NCBI GenBank assembly: GCA_965230925.1
Contig: OZ246403.1
Span: 646,541-710,540 of the forward strand
Direction: 5' to 3'
Origin: an uncultured Candidatus Saccharibacteria bacterium
GTDB lineage: Bacteria; Patescibacteriota; Minisyncoccia; Phycocordibacterales; JACOZG01
DNA length: 64,000 nucleotides
The position numbers and the translations under genes were made by a program. Below are positions 18,045 to 26,218 of the stretch, in pieces (position 1 is the first letter of the stretch; every line of letters begins with the position of its first letter). The notes below the pieces were generated by a model. It was not told the origin of the DNA, made no database searches, and saw nothing but the letters and a program-made list of their open reading frames with translations.

Positions 18045-18647
18045 ATGAACTCGATTTGTATCTTTGGAGCTAGTACAACTTGGGGTGCTTGGGATTTAGA
18101 GAAAGGCGGTTGGATTAATCGGTTGTGGTTACACGCGGCTCAATTTCCCGACGATCGGTATGTGGAAATTTTTAATCTTGGTATTTCGGGGGAAACTGCC
18201 GCGGGATTATTGTCGCGGTTTGAAGCAGAAGCAAAAGCAAGAGGGGCAGATGCTTTAATTTTCCAAATGGGTGGCAATGATGCAGCTTTCGATAATGATA
18301 CTAAGATCGCTCAGATGTCGCTGGAGAAATTTAGGACTAATTTAGAAGAAATTATTGTCCGAGCAAAGCGAGTAACCAGCAACATTATTTTCATTGGGCT
18401 TAAGAATTGTGACGAGACAAAAACTATGCCAGTCTCGTGGTGCAATCTCTGCTACTCCAACGCCAAGCTTCAAGAATACAATGAAGTGATGAAAGAAGGG
18501 TGTGCACAAAAAGGTGTATTGTTCTTGGAGCCACCTCACTTGGATGTAGCCACTGACTTCGACGACGGCTTGCATCCCAATGCCCTCGGTCACGAAAAAA
18601 TTTTCCAGAGTGTCAAAGGTTTTTTGGAAGAGAAAAAGTGGATTTAA
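18045..18647 (+). CDS. SGNH/GDSL hydrolase family protein
   Basis: Block I FGASTT (GDS-like Ser), block III GGND, block V DGLHPN. Confidence 0.7.
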   Translation: MNSICIFGASTTWGAWDLEKGGWINRLWLHAAQFPDDRYVEIFNLGISGETAAGLLSRFEAEAKARGADALIFQMGGNDAAFDNDTKIAQMSLEKFRTNLEEIIVRAKRVTSNIIFIGLKNCDETKTMPVSWCNLCYSNAKLQEYNEVMKEGCAQKGVLFLEPPHLDVATDFDDGLHPNALGHEKIFQSVKGFLEEKKWI

Positions 18648-18650
18648 GTT

Positions 18651-19415
18651 ATGAAACTGATTACCCTTAACTTGTGGGGTGGGATTGTGTATGAGCCGCT
18701 TTTGGAATTTATTCGTCGGGAGGCGGCGAGCACCGACATTTTTTGTTTTCAAGAAATGCTTTTTGGCGACCGGCCGGAGTTTACGTCGGTTCATCGGGCG
18801 AGAGTAAATTTGTTTCAAGAGCTGAGTAAGTTGTTGCCTGAGTTCCAGGCTTATCCGTGGCCGGTTCTCGAGAGTACTCATTTTCGCAGCGAGCCGATTG
18901 ACGGTTTTCATTCTGGCCAAGCTATTTTTATGCGCCAAGGAATAAAGGTGGGGACGAGTGGCGGCTTTCTGACGTATCGGGGCGAGTCACCCTCGGGCAC
19001 CAAGAGCGCTTTACTCACTGGTCGTTGCCAGTGGTTAGAATTCGGGCACAATCAAGAAAAGTTTTTACTGCTCAATATTCACGGCTTGTGGCAGAAGGAT
19101 AAAAATAAAATTGATACCCCGGAACGCTTGGTGCAGTCGGCGATTATTAAAGAATTTCTTGCTTCGAAGTCGGGGAAAATAATTTTTGTCGGGGACTTTA
19201 ATTTAATTCCTGATGGTCAAGCTTTCGCGATTTTGGCCGAGGGCTTTAATGATCTGATCAAGAAGTTTAATGTTCAGTCTACTCGCACTTCGTTTTACAC
19301 CGAGCCGTGTAGGTTTGCTGACTACATTTTAATTTCGCCCGAGATCGAAGTAAAAAACTTTGCCGTTTTGCCCGATATCGTCTCTGACCATTTGTCTCTT
19401 ATGTTAGAGTTTTAA
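18651..19415 (+). CDS. Endonuclease/exonuclease/phosphatase (EEP) family protein
   Basis: LNLWGG..., CFQE, VGDFN, SDHLSLMLEF motifs. Confidence 0.7.
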   Translation: MKLITLNLWGGIVYEPLLEFIRREAASTDIFCFQEMLFGDRPEFTSVHRARVNLFQELSKLLPEFQAYPWPVLESTHFRSEPIDGFHSGQAIFMRQGIKVGTSGGFLTYRGESPSGTKSALLTGRCQWLEFGHNQEKFLLLNIHGLWQKDKNKIDTPERLVQSAIIKEFLASKSGKIIFVGDFNLIPDGQAFAILAEGFNDLIKKFNVQSTRTSFYTEPCRFADYILISPEIEVKNFAVLPDIVSDHLSLMLEF

Positions 19416-19421
19416 TAAGTA

Positions 19422-19871
19422 ATGAAGAAACTGGAAAACGATCTAACTTTTCTTACCACCATTGTTAATCGGCTAAAACAGGCAGGAATCCACATTCTTA
19501 TTTTTGGCGGTTGGGCAGAGGAGATGGGTGGGGCGATTGCGTCGCGGGAACATCGCGATGTGGATTTACTCTATGTTGGGACTGATTTTTTCTTAGTCGA
19601 CCAGTTTATTAAAGATAATGCTGACCTTCAGGAATTGGCTGAAAAACATTTTCCCCACAAACGAGCCTTCTTTTGTAACGGAGTTTTGATTGAAATTACC
19701 TTGGTTGAGCAGCGGGGTAATTTATTCGTGACGAATTTTTGGAATACTTATGAATTTGTGTGGCCGGAGTTAGTTCTTGGTAATTTAGAGTTACCAGCAG
19801 TAACTCCCGCGGTTGTTGATTATTATCGTCGTCATTATATTGAAATTGCCAACGCTAGGTATTGGGCCTAG
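19422..19871 (+). CDS. Nucleotidyltransferase of the ANT(2'')/Lnu (aminoglycoside/lincosamide nucleotidyltransferase) family
   Basis: IFGGWAEE...SREHRDVDLLY matches LDGGWGVD...REHRDIDID of ANT(2'')-Ia/LnuF-like enzymes. Confidence 0.6.
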   Translation: MKKLENDLTFLTTIVNRLKQAGIHILIFGGWAEEMGGAIASREHRDVDLLYVGTDFFLVDQFIKDNADLQELAEKHFPHKRAFFCNGVLIEITLVEQRGNLFVTNFWNTYEFVWPELVLGNLELPAVTPAVVDYYRRHYIEIANARYWA

Positions 19872-19874
19872 AAT

Positions 19875-20564
19875 GTGGAGATGCCTAAGTTGTCATTGAC
19901 GGAAAAGGTTGTTTTGGCCATGGCGATTCTTTTGATCGTTGTTTTGCTGGCGCTGGCGGCGGCCTTGGACCGTCGCGGCATTCTTAATCCGCCCGTGGCT
20001 ACTTCTACTCCAAGTGTGATGACCTCGCTCGGTGGGCTGACCTTTCCGCAGCCGGCGGACTTTGGCCTTGCGGTCACGCCGGAGCAAGTTCTCGTCAAGA
20101 GTTACATTCCGCCGTGCGAGAGTAATTTTGATTATTGTTTCTATTATCTTGGTGATGATTTCGCCGGAACAAATTTTGAAAGTGCCGGAATTCGCGTCTT
20201 GCGTCGATCCGATCTTTCCACCCCTGAAACTTGTCTAAACACCTTACCGTTAGGCTACTCCAACATTTTCCCTACAACCAAAATTACACCAAGCTATTCC
20301 GCCAGCGTTTCCCCAAATCTCGGTGATGCCGCCGCGGGCCATTATACAAACGGCGAATTGTATCGCTTAAACTTGCCCGACACTTGTTTTGAAATTGAGG
20401 TGCGTCGTGGTTTTACGCAGTTTGCTAATTATCCGGCCGGTTCTGTTCGAGAATTTGCTAAAGCTGACCGCGATATTTTAGAGACTAAAGTTAATCAAAT
20501 TATCAAAAACATTACTCTCACGGTTACAGATGAAAAAGTGGTTTGGCCGGAGAATGAAGATTAA
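19875..20564 (+). CDS. Hypothetical signal-anchored secreted protein
   Basis: TM anchor VVLAMAILLIVVLLALAAAL; Cys-containing extracytoplasmic domain; no known motif. Confidence 0.5.
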   Translation: MEMPKLSLTEKVVLAMAILLIVVLLALAAALDRRGILNPPVATSTPSVMTSLGGLTFPQPADFGLAVTPEQVLVKSYIPPCESNFDYCFYYLGDDFAGTNFESAGIRVLRRSDLSTPETCLNTLPLGYSNIFPTTKITPSYSASVSPNLGDAAAGHYTNGELYRLNLPDTCFEIEVRRGFTQFANYPAGSVREFAKADRDILETKVNQIIKNITLTVTDEKVVWPENED

Positions 20565-20656
20565 GAGGCTTGATTTGCCTTTAACTCTGGTTTGACTTAG
20601 GATCAAGCCCGGACCTGTACTTCACATCAACTATTTAGAAAGAAAGGAGGTGGGTG

Positions 20657-21694
20657 ATGCCGCAGGTAATCATTAATTGGGACCTCGCCGAAAGTGTTTT
20701 CGGTACTCTGCTTCAGGCGCTTAAGGAAGGGCGTTATCCGTACAATGTGGTTAAACCACCTCAACGACCCGAAAACATGCCAAATAATTTGGTATGGGGT
20801 AGCGTGGAGCATGCGAGATTTCTTTTTTGCGTGTGTTACTACATGCGCGGAGGAATTGAGAGCGAAACAGCAATTTTAGCTCTCGCTCGCTTGTATGCAA
20901 ATAAACCTGAGATTTTTGTTCCGAAATCTTTTGCTCAGCTTCTTGAGCCAGACAATGAGGCATCGAAGATCAGCGAATTGCTTGCCCAGTATGGCCTGAA
21001 CTACAACGCGACTCACATCGGGCGGTATTGGATACACAACTTCATCAAGCTTGAGCGCGGATGGCAGGGAAATCCGGCGAACCTGTTTACGGGAGTTTCT
21101 GGTTATGACGAAATTTGTCGACGGGTCATTAATAAGCGCGACAAGGAAAAGGGTTCTCAAAAAAACCACGGCTTCTACGGTTTCCGAGAGAAAATGGTGA
21201 GTATGATCATTCACTTTCTCATGGATGCCGAAATTATCCAGCCATTCGTATTTCCGGTACCGGTAGACTTCCACGTTCTTCGTGTCCTTGTTGCCAACGA
21301 GCTCCTCGTGGTGAATGGTTCACAAGCGGGCGATGATCTTTACACCAACGATCTCCAGGCCGCAGCGCGGCGTTTGACTGACACATACTGTCGACAACAT
21401 GCCGTGGACGCTCTGCGTCTTGGAGATGCTCTGTGGTTGCTTTCCGGTAGTTTGTGCCATCTCCATCCGGGCAATCAGATGAAGGTTGGCGATCGAAACG
21501 GTCGCCAAACGGAATTGACACGATTGCGAGTGGTGTGGAACAAGAGTCAGACCGAGCGGTTTCTTCGTTCCTGCCACCTTTGTCCCATTACGGGGAGCTG
21601 TCGTCACAATATTGCGTCGGCGCCCTACTATGTCCAAGGAAAGCTAAAGATTCTTGGACCTCGTGGGGTTCCCGACCAATCCTTTCTTTTTTAA
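20657..21694 (+). CDS. HhH-GPD superfamily DNA glycosylase-like protein with C-terminal Cys cluster
   Basis: GFYGFREKMVSMIIHFL...FPVPVDFHVLRVL parallels the EndoIII/MutY HhH + VDTHVxRV block. C-terminal CHLCPITGSC (C-x2-C-x5-C) resembles the FeS loop. Strong SD AGGAGGTG 6 nt upstream. Confidence 0.5.
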   Translation: MPQVIINWDLAESVFGTLLQALKEGRYPYNVVKPPQRPENMPNNLVWGSVEHARFLFCVCYYMRGGIESETAILALARLYANKPEIFVPKSFAQLLEPDNEASKISELLAQYGLNYNATHIGRYWIHNFIKLERGWQGNPANLFTGVSGYDEICRRVINKRDKEKGSQKNHGFYGFREKMVSMIIHFLMDAEIIQPFVFPVPVDFHVLRVLVANELLVVNGSQAGDDLYTNDLQAAARRLTDTYCRQHAVDALRLGDALWLLSGSLCHLHPGNQMKVGDRNGRQTELTRLRVVWNKSQTERFLRSCHLCPITGSCRHNIASAPYYVQGKLKILGPRGVPDQSFLF

Positions 21695-21710
21695 TTATAG
21701 TTGATCAGGT

Positions 21711-21745
21711 TGCCCGGCACTTACTCGCCGGGCACCTTTTTGTTT
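21711..21745 (+). terminator. Rho-independent terminator
   Basis: GCCCGGC-ACTTACTC-GCCGGGC then ACCTTTTTGTTT. Confidence 0.75.
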
Positions 21746-21761
21746 ATGTTTTTTACACACT

Positions 21762-21797
21762 CAAAAACCTCCGCGAGCTAGTCGAGGAGGTTTTTGA
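21762..21797. terminator. Bidirectional terminator
   Basis: CAAAA-ACCTCC-13 nt-GGAGGT-TTTTGA. Confidence 0.65.
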
Positions 21798-21814
21798 GTG
21801 TCGGGTAAGATCGT

Positions 21815-22321
21815 TTAGTGTTGCACGCCGGAAGCCTTCATCGCCTCAATGCGGCGCATGAGTTCTTGAATCTTGGCCTGCAGTTCGGTGATAGAACCAC
21901 CTTGGCTATTTGGTCCCTTGATCATCGTGGCGGTAATTACGCCATTCGTTTGGTTAATCGTTCCCATGAGTGACACCTGATTGCCCTCGGCTAAGCCGCT
22001 AACACCAGTGCGTGAGGCGTCCACATGGAAGGTGAGACCCCAAATCGAGACTTCAAGATTGGTCCCGTTAATTTCCGAGATTTTCCCACCATTAATTTTC
22101 ATTTCGCCGTTTGGATTAATGACCACATGGTTTTGCATTACCATCGGCCGATTCATCATATTGTCCAGCTTCATCGTCTTGTGTTCCAGACGGTCTTCCA
22201 TGTGTTCCATCCCGTGTTCTTCCTCCGTTTCATGACCAGAGTTGGCGGAAGTAGCTGAGGGAAGGCTAATAATAGAAAACAGAGCCAAAAGACCAACAAA
22301 AGAAAATAAATATTTATTCAT
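21815..22321 (-). CDS. Secreted His/Met-rich protein (possible metal-binding periplasmic protein)
   Basis: Signal peptide MNKYLFSFVGLLALFSIISLPSATSA, then HETEEEHGMEHMEDRLEHKTMKLDNMMNRPMVMQNH. Confidence 0.5.
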   Translation of the reverse strand: MNKYLFSFVGLLALFSIISLPSATSANSGHETEEEHGMEHMEDRLEHKTMKLDNMMNRPMVMQNHVVINPNGEMKINGGKISEINGTNLEVSIWGLTFHVDASRTGVSGLAEGNQVSLMGTINQTNGVITATMIKGPNSQGGSITELQAKIQELMRRIEAMKASGVQH

Positions 22322-22368
22322 ATAAATTTTAAATTACCTTAATAATAGGTCTATTCTACCACGTTTGC

Positions 22369-23928
22369 TCAATGAGCAATAATCACTTTTTCCCCTGATT
22401 CTAAGCCAGAAATTACTTCAGTTTGGGTCGTGCCTTCAAGCCCGGCTTCTATTTCTTGACGGCGAAAGTTGCCATTCTCTAGTATCTTAACAAACTTTTT
22501 CCCATTTTCCATGCTGATCGCCGCGGTGGGAACCAAGAGAACATCTGCCTTACTTTCCGTAACAATATTTGCCTCCACGCTCATGCCGGGCTTCACGCGC
22601 GGATCGCTTGTTTCTAAATTAATTTTAATCGTATAAGTTGCCACGCCGTCATCCACGCTCCCAAGGGTAGAAATTTCGGTGACGGTGCCGTTGAGTTCTA
22701 GGCCCGGAATAGCATCAAGGGTGAGCTTGGCTTGCTGACCGAGTGCCACCTTAGCGGTGTCGACTTCATTAAGGAGAATTTCCACCAAGTGTTCATGGGT
22801 AATGAAAGTTACGGCACTGCGGCCAATGGTGGCGCGGTCACCCACTTTCACGTTTACTTTTGCTGCGATGCCAGAGAATGGCGCACGGATAAAGTAATTT
22901 TGATAAGCTTCTTCCTTTTCTCTTATTTCAAGTTCGGCCGCTTTTATATCAAGCGCATCAGCCCCGTTTTTGAGATCAATAAGCTCTTCTTCAGCCTCGC
23001 GAATAGCGCGACCAGCCGCCACAAGTTCGTCGTCTAAGCGGGCAATATCATTCTCGCTTGTAAGAAGTTCGGCGAGGTGGGTATTGGTTTCTTCGGCGTA
23101 AGTGGCCAGGGAGGCTTGCTCGGTGGTGAAGACTTGTCCCGGATTATCATTACGCTCGGCCATATAGTCTACGAAGTTCCGCAGAGCTTTCACGGCATCA
23201 GCGGCCAGCTTTCCTGTGTTTCGCCCTCGCTGAATCATGGCGTTTATGGCACCCCGTGGTGATTCACGAGTCAACAAGCGATATTCTTTCAAATCGCTTT
23301 GAATTGCTTTATCAGCCTTATAGTAGAGATCGATAGCTTGGTTGCGATACTCACGAGCTTGCTCACTCTCAAGTCGTGCGGCACTGTCGGAGAGGGTACT
23401 TCCGCTTAAGATGTCATCAAGTCCAATCGCCAGATCAGGCAGGTCTAAATATGTATCAACCAAGGCGTTGAAGGCCTCATTATACGCTGCGGCCAAGTCA
23501 GCCGTTAATTCTAATTGATTTTCTTTTGCGTCTTCAGTCGCGTTTTCCGCTTGCAAGAGCTCCAGTGCTTCCGGTGGTTTCTTTAGCTTTTCTAATTGCA
23601 CCTTCGCGTTCTCTAGAGCAATTTCTGCCTCGGTGGCGTCGAGCGCTACAAGAAGGGTACCTTGCGTTACGATTTGACCGTTTTTTACCGGAGTAGAGAT
23701 CACAACGGCGGCCACTTCACTGGCGAGTTCCACCTCGTCATCGGATGAGACTTGGCCACTGCCGATCACGGTTGAGCTAAGAGCGCCGCGCTCGGCGGTC
23801 ACCACAGTGTGTTCCGAGCCTGCTGAGCCACCGTTACCACCAAAGATAAGGTATCCAACAGCAAGAACAACAATGAGAATAATAAAGCTCCAAATTTTGT
23901 GTTTTCTGATCCACTGCATCCTGGACAC
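22369..23928 (-). CDS. HlyD-family periplasmic adaptor (membrane fusion protein), MacA-like
   Basis: N-terminal TM anchor, lipoyl/beta-barrel blocks, long coiled-coil hairpin, C-terminal beta-domain. Confidence 0.7.
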   Translation of the reverse strand: MSRMQWIRKHKIWSFIILIVVLAVGYLIFGGNGGSAGSEHTVVTAERGALSSTVIGSGQVSSDDEVELASEVAAVVISTPVKNGQIVTQGTLLVALDATEAEIALENAKVQLEKLKKPPEALELLQAENATEDAKENQLELTADLAAAYNEAFNALVDTYLDLPDLAIGLDDILSGSTLSDSAARLESEQAREYRNQAIDLYYKADKAIQSDLKEYRLLTRESPRGAINAMIQRGRNTGKLAADAVKALRNFVDYMAERNDNPGQVFTTEQASLATYAEETNTHLAELLTSENDIARLDDELVAAGRAIREAEEELIDLKNGADALDIKAAELEIREKEEAYQNYFIRAPFSGIAAKVNVKVGDRATIGRSAVTFITHEHLVEILLNEVDTAKVALGQQAKLTLDAIPGLELNGTVTEISTLGSVDDGVATYTIKINLETSDPRVKPGMSVEANIVTESKADVLLVPTAAISMENGKKFVKILENGNFRRQEIEAGLEGTTQTEVISGLESGEKVIIAH

Positions 23929-23980
23929 GATAGCCTTTGTTGCCTTGCTCTGTCAAGAAAAGTTGGGTAAACTTAAAGCA

Positions 23981-25015
23981 ATGGATCATCAGAAATTGCA
24001 GCCCTATTTTCTTCTTATTCTCATTTTTGTTCTCGCGGTGCTGGTGTTCTTTCTTCTTAAGCCGGTATTCGCTGGCTTGGTGCTTGCCGCCGTTCTCGCG
24101 GTGGTCTTTCATCCGCTTAAGCAATCGATGCTCATCTTTACTCGCGGTCGGGCGAGCCTTGCGTCTTTCTTTAGCACCGTTTTAATTATTTGTTTGATCC
24201 TTGTGCCGCTTAGCCTGCTTGGTACGCAGATTGTCCGTGAGGCCCAATCTCTTTACCAGAATTTAGCCGTTGGTCAGTGGTCAGCGGGGAAAGTTTTTTC
24301 TCAAGTCTCGGCTGGAGAACTGCAGCAATATTTACAACAGGCTCTCTCTTGGCTCATTAGTCGGCTTGGCTCCATTTTCTCTAGCGTGGCCAAGGTGATG
24401 CTCAACCTCTTGGTTTTCTTTATTGCCCTCTATTATTTCTTGAGGGATGGTGGTCGTTTCAAGCGCGCGGTGGTTCTCTTAAGCCCGCTCTCCGATGCGC
24501 GCGATGAATTTGTCCTCAATCGCCTGGTTCTCGCGGTGAACTCAGTCGTGCGCGGCAATCTTCTCATCGCTTTAATTCAAGGCTTACTCACCGCGATCGG
24601 CTTTTCTATTTTTGGCGTGCCGCACTTTGTTCTTTGGGGACTCATGGCTGCCTTGGCTGCCCTCATCCCGGGTTTTGGTACTGCGCTTGTGATTGCGCCA
24701 GCGATTGTTTACCTTTTTCTCACGGCACACACCGGGATGGCGATTGGACTTCTTATCTGGGGAATTCTCGCGGTCGGTCTTATCGATAATTTGCTTGGAC
24801 CAGCACTAGTAGGTCGGGGAATGCGTTTACATCCGCTCTTAGTTCTCCTCGCGGTGATTGGCGGTCTTGCCCTTTTTGGTCCCACTGGTTTTGTTCTTGG
24901 CCCCTTGGTGATGAGCCTCCTCTTTGCCTTGCTTGATATTTACTCCAACTTGTCGGGGATCGCCCAGAACGGGCTCGCTGAGAAGGAGAATTCCTCCCGG
25001 CCGCAAGTTTCCTAA
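23981..25015 (+). CDS. AI-2E family transporter (PerM/UPF0118)
   Basis: About 8 TM with C-terminal GILAVGLIDNLLGPALVG...GLALFGPTGFVLGPLVMSLLFALLDIY. Start moved to ATG 23981 because the track's 23807 start overlaps the HlyD gene. Confidence 0.75.
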   Translation: MDHQKLQPYFLLILIFVLAVLVFFLLKPVFAGLVLAAVLAVVFHPLKQSMLIFTRGRASLASFFSTVLIICLILVPLSLLGTQIVREAQSLYQNLAVGQWSAGKVFSQVSAGELQQYLQQALSWLISRLGSIFSSVAKVMLNLLVFFIALYYFLRDGGRFKRAVVLLSPLSDARDEFVLNRLVLAVNSVVRGNLLIALIQGLLTAIGFSIFGVPHFVLWGLMAALAALIPGFGTALVIAPAIVYLFLTAHTGMAIGLLIWGILAVGLIDNLLGPALVGRGMRLHPLLVLLAVIGGLALFGPTGFVLGPLVMSLLFALLDIYSNLSGIAQNGLAEKENSSRPQVS

Positions 25016-25663
25016 AATAATTTCTCCAATTCGTAATCTTATCAATCGCGTGACGGTAAGATTAATGTGCGCACACATTCGCCGAATTTGATGTTTCCGC
25101 CCTTCGCGGAGAATAATACGGAAAGTGTGCTCATCGAGGAGCTCGGCTTGAGCCGGGAGTGTAGGACCATCTTCTAAGGTCATACCTTGTTCCAGGGCTT
25201 TGATTTTTGTTTGACTTAAGCTTTCTCGCACTGAGACCTCATATTCTTTTTCCATTTCATGTTCTTCACCAGTCACTTGCCGGGCGAGCACGCCGTCGTT
25301 TGAGAGAAGAAGCAACCCTTCGCTGTCCTTATCGAGCCGACCGAGAATATTTAAATTTTTATACTCAGGCAAGAGATCAAACACAGTTTCGCTTGCCTCG
25401 CCGAAGCGTTGCGAAGGCGGGCCTTCGCTCGAATTCTTCGAGCACACCACGCCACGCGGCTTATGATAAGCCACGGTAATTTTATTTACCCTGAGCGAAG
25501 TCGAAGGGTCTAAGAGCTCAACCTTATCTTTCTCTGGGTCCATTTGCCGACCCAAATCGCGAATCACTTCGCCATTGAGTTTTACGAGCCCGGCCTTCAT
25601 GAGTGCCTCCGCTTCCCGCCGCGACGCCAACCCCTGCTCCGAGAGATACTTTTGAATACGCAT
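24839..25663 (-). CDS. rluB: Pseudouridine synthase, RsuA/RluB family
   Basis: N-terminal S4 domain (RIQKYLSEQGLASRREAEALMKAG), catalytic GRLDKDSEGLLLLSNDG, KHQIRRM; basic C-terminal tail. Confidence 0.8.
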   Translation of the reverse strand: MRIQKYLSEQGLASRREAEALMKAGLVKLNGEVIRDLGRQMDPEKDKVELLDPSTSLRVNKITVAYHKPRGVVCSKNSSEGPPSQRFGEASETVFDLLPEYKNLNILGRLDKDSEGLLLLSNDGVLARQVTGEEHEMEKEYEVSVRESLSQTKIKALEQGMTLEDGPTLPAQAELLDEHTFRIILREGRKHQIRRMCAHINLTVTRLIRLRIGEIILGNLRPGGILLLSEPVLGDPRQVGVNIKQGKEEAHHQGAKNKTSGTKKGKTANHREEN

Positions 25664-25672
25664 CAGCCTATG

Positions 25673-25700
25673 TTGACATAAAAACAGGTCGCGTTACAAT
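25673..25700 (+). promoter_or_regulatory. Near-consensus sigma70 promoter (TTGACA-N16-TACAAT)
   Basis: -35 TTGACA at 25673-78 and -10 TACAAT at 25695-700, inside a 555-bp intergenic region. Confidence 0.5.
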
Positions 25701-25726
25701 GGGGGCGTATGTTAGATTCCGTAATT

Positions 25727-25830
25727 ATGATTTCTGCTTTGCTCCTCACCCTTGGTGCGACGTATTTTTATGCGTGGCATTTTATTATGCGCAAGCAATT
25801 TATCATGGTTGGGGAATTATCTCAGATTTA
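25727..25830 (+). CDS. Candidate 34-aa hydrophobic micropeptide (MISALLLTLGATYFYAWHFIMRKQFIMVGELSQI), or a small-RNA body
   Basis: Lies between the consensus promoter and the terminator at 25856-25890. No clear SD, so it may equally be non-coding. Below the ORF-track size cutoff. Confidence 0.25.
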
Positions 25831-25855
25831 AATTACAAAGTTTAACTAAATCAGG

Positions 25856-25890
25856 ATCAAAACCCCGACCAGAGATGGTCGGGGTTTTTC
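25856..25890. terminator. Rho-independent terminator (bidirectional A-run/T-run)
   Basis: AAAA-CCCCGACC-AGAGAT-GGTCGGGG-TTTTTC. Confidence 0.8.
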
Positions 25891-25999
25891 GGGTCTTGGT
25901 GCCAGAATGTTCCAAAAATGTTTTGACACCAGCACCTGATCGGAGTGGGTCAGAATTGCTGGAGGCCTCGTTAGTTCATTCGTAAAGGAAGAGAGGGTT

Positions 26000-26146
26000 A
26001 TGTTTAGGTACGCACCAGATCCAGAAGTTGTGGTTGAAAAGAAAGAGGATCAGAAAACTAATTCCTTCGATCACGTATCAAGTGTGGACGGTCAAACCGT
26101 ATCCACCCCAAACGAATTGGGAGATTATCGAGGAAATATGGTGTGA
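26000..26146 (+). CDS. Candidate 48-aa acidic small protein
   Basis: Strong SD AAAGGAAGAGAGGG 5 nt before the ATG. Product MFRYAPDPEVVVEKKEDQKTNSFDHVSSVDGQTVSTPNELGDYRGNMV. Followed by hairpin GGGCGCAGT-TTCGA-CTGCGTCCC. Confidence 0.3.
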   Translation: MFRYAPDPEVVVEKKEDQKTNSFDHVSSVDGQTVSTPNELGDYRGNMV

Positions 26147-26218
26147 GTAAAACTTACACCGAACCACCGGGCGCAGTTTCGACTGCGTCCCCATTTATCA
26201 ATTAATAGTCTTCGCAAT

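Noticed and set aside
23807-23980. N-terminal 58-aa extension of the AI-2E transporter ORF
   Set aside because: It overlaps the 5' end of the HlyD gene on the opposite strand; an internal ATG at 23981 gives a typical AI-2E N-terminus.
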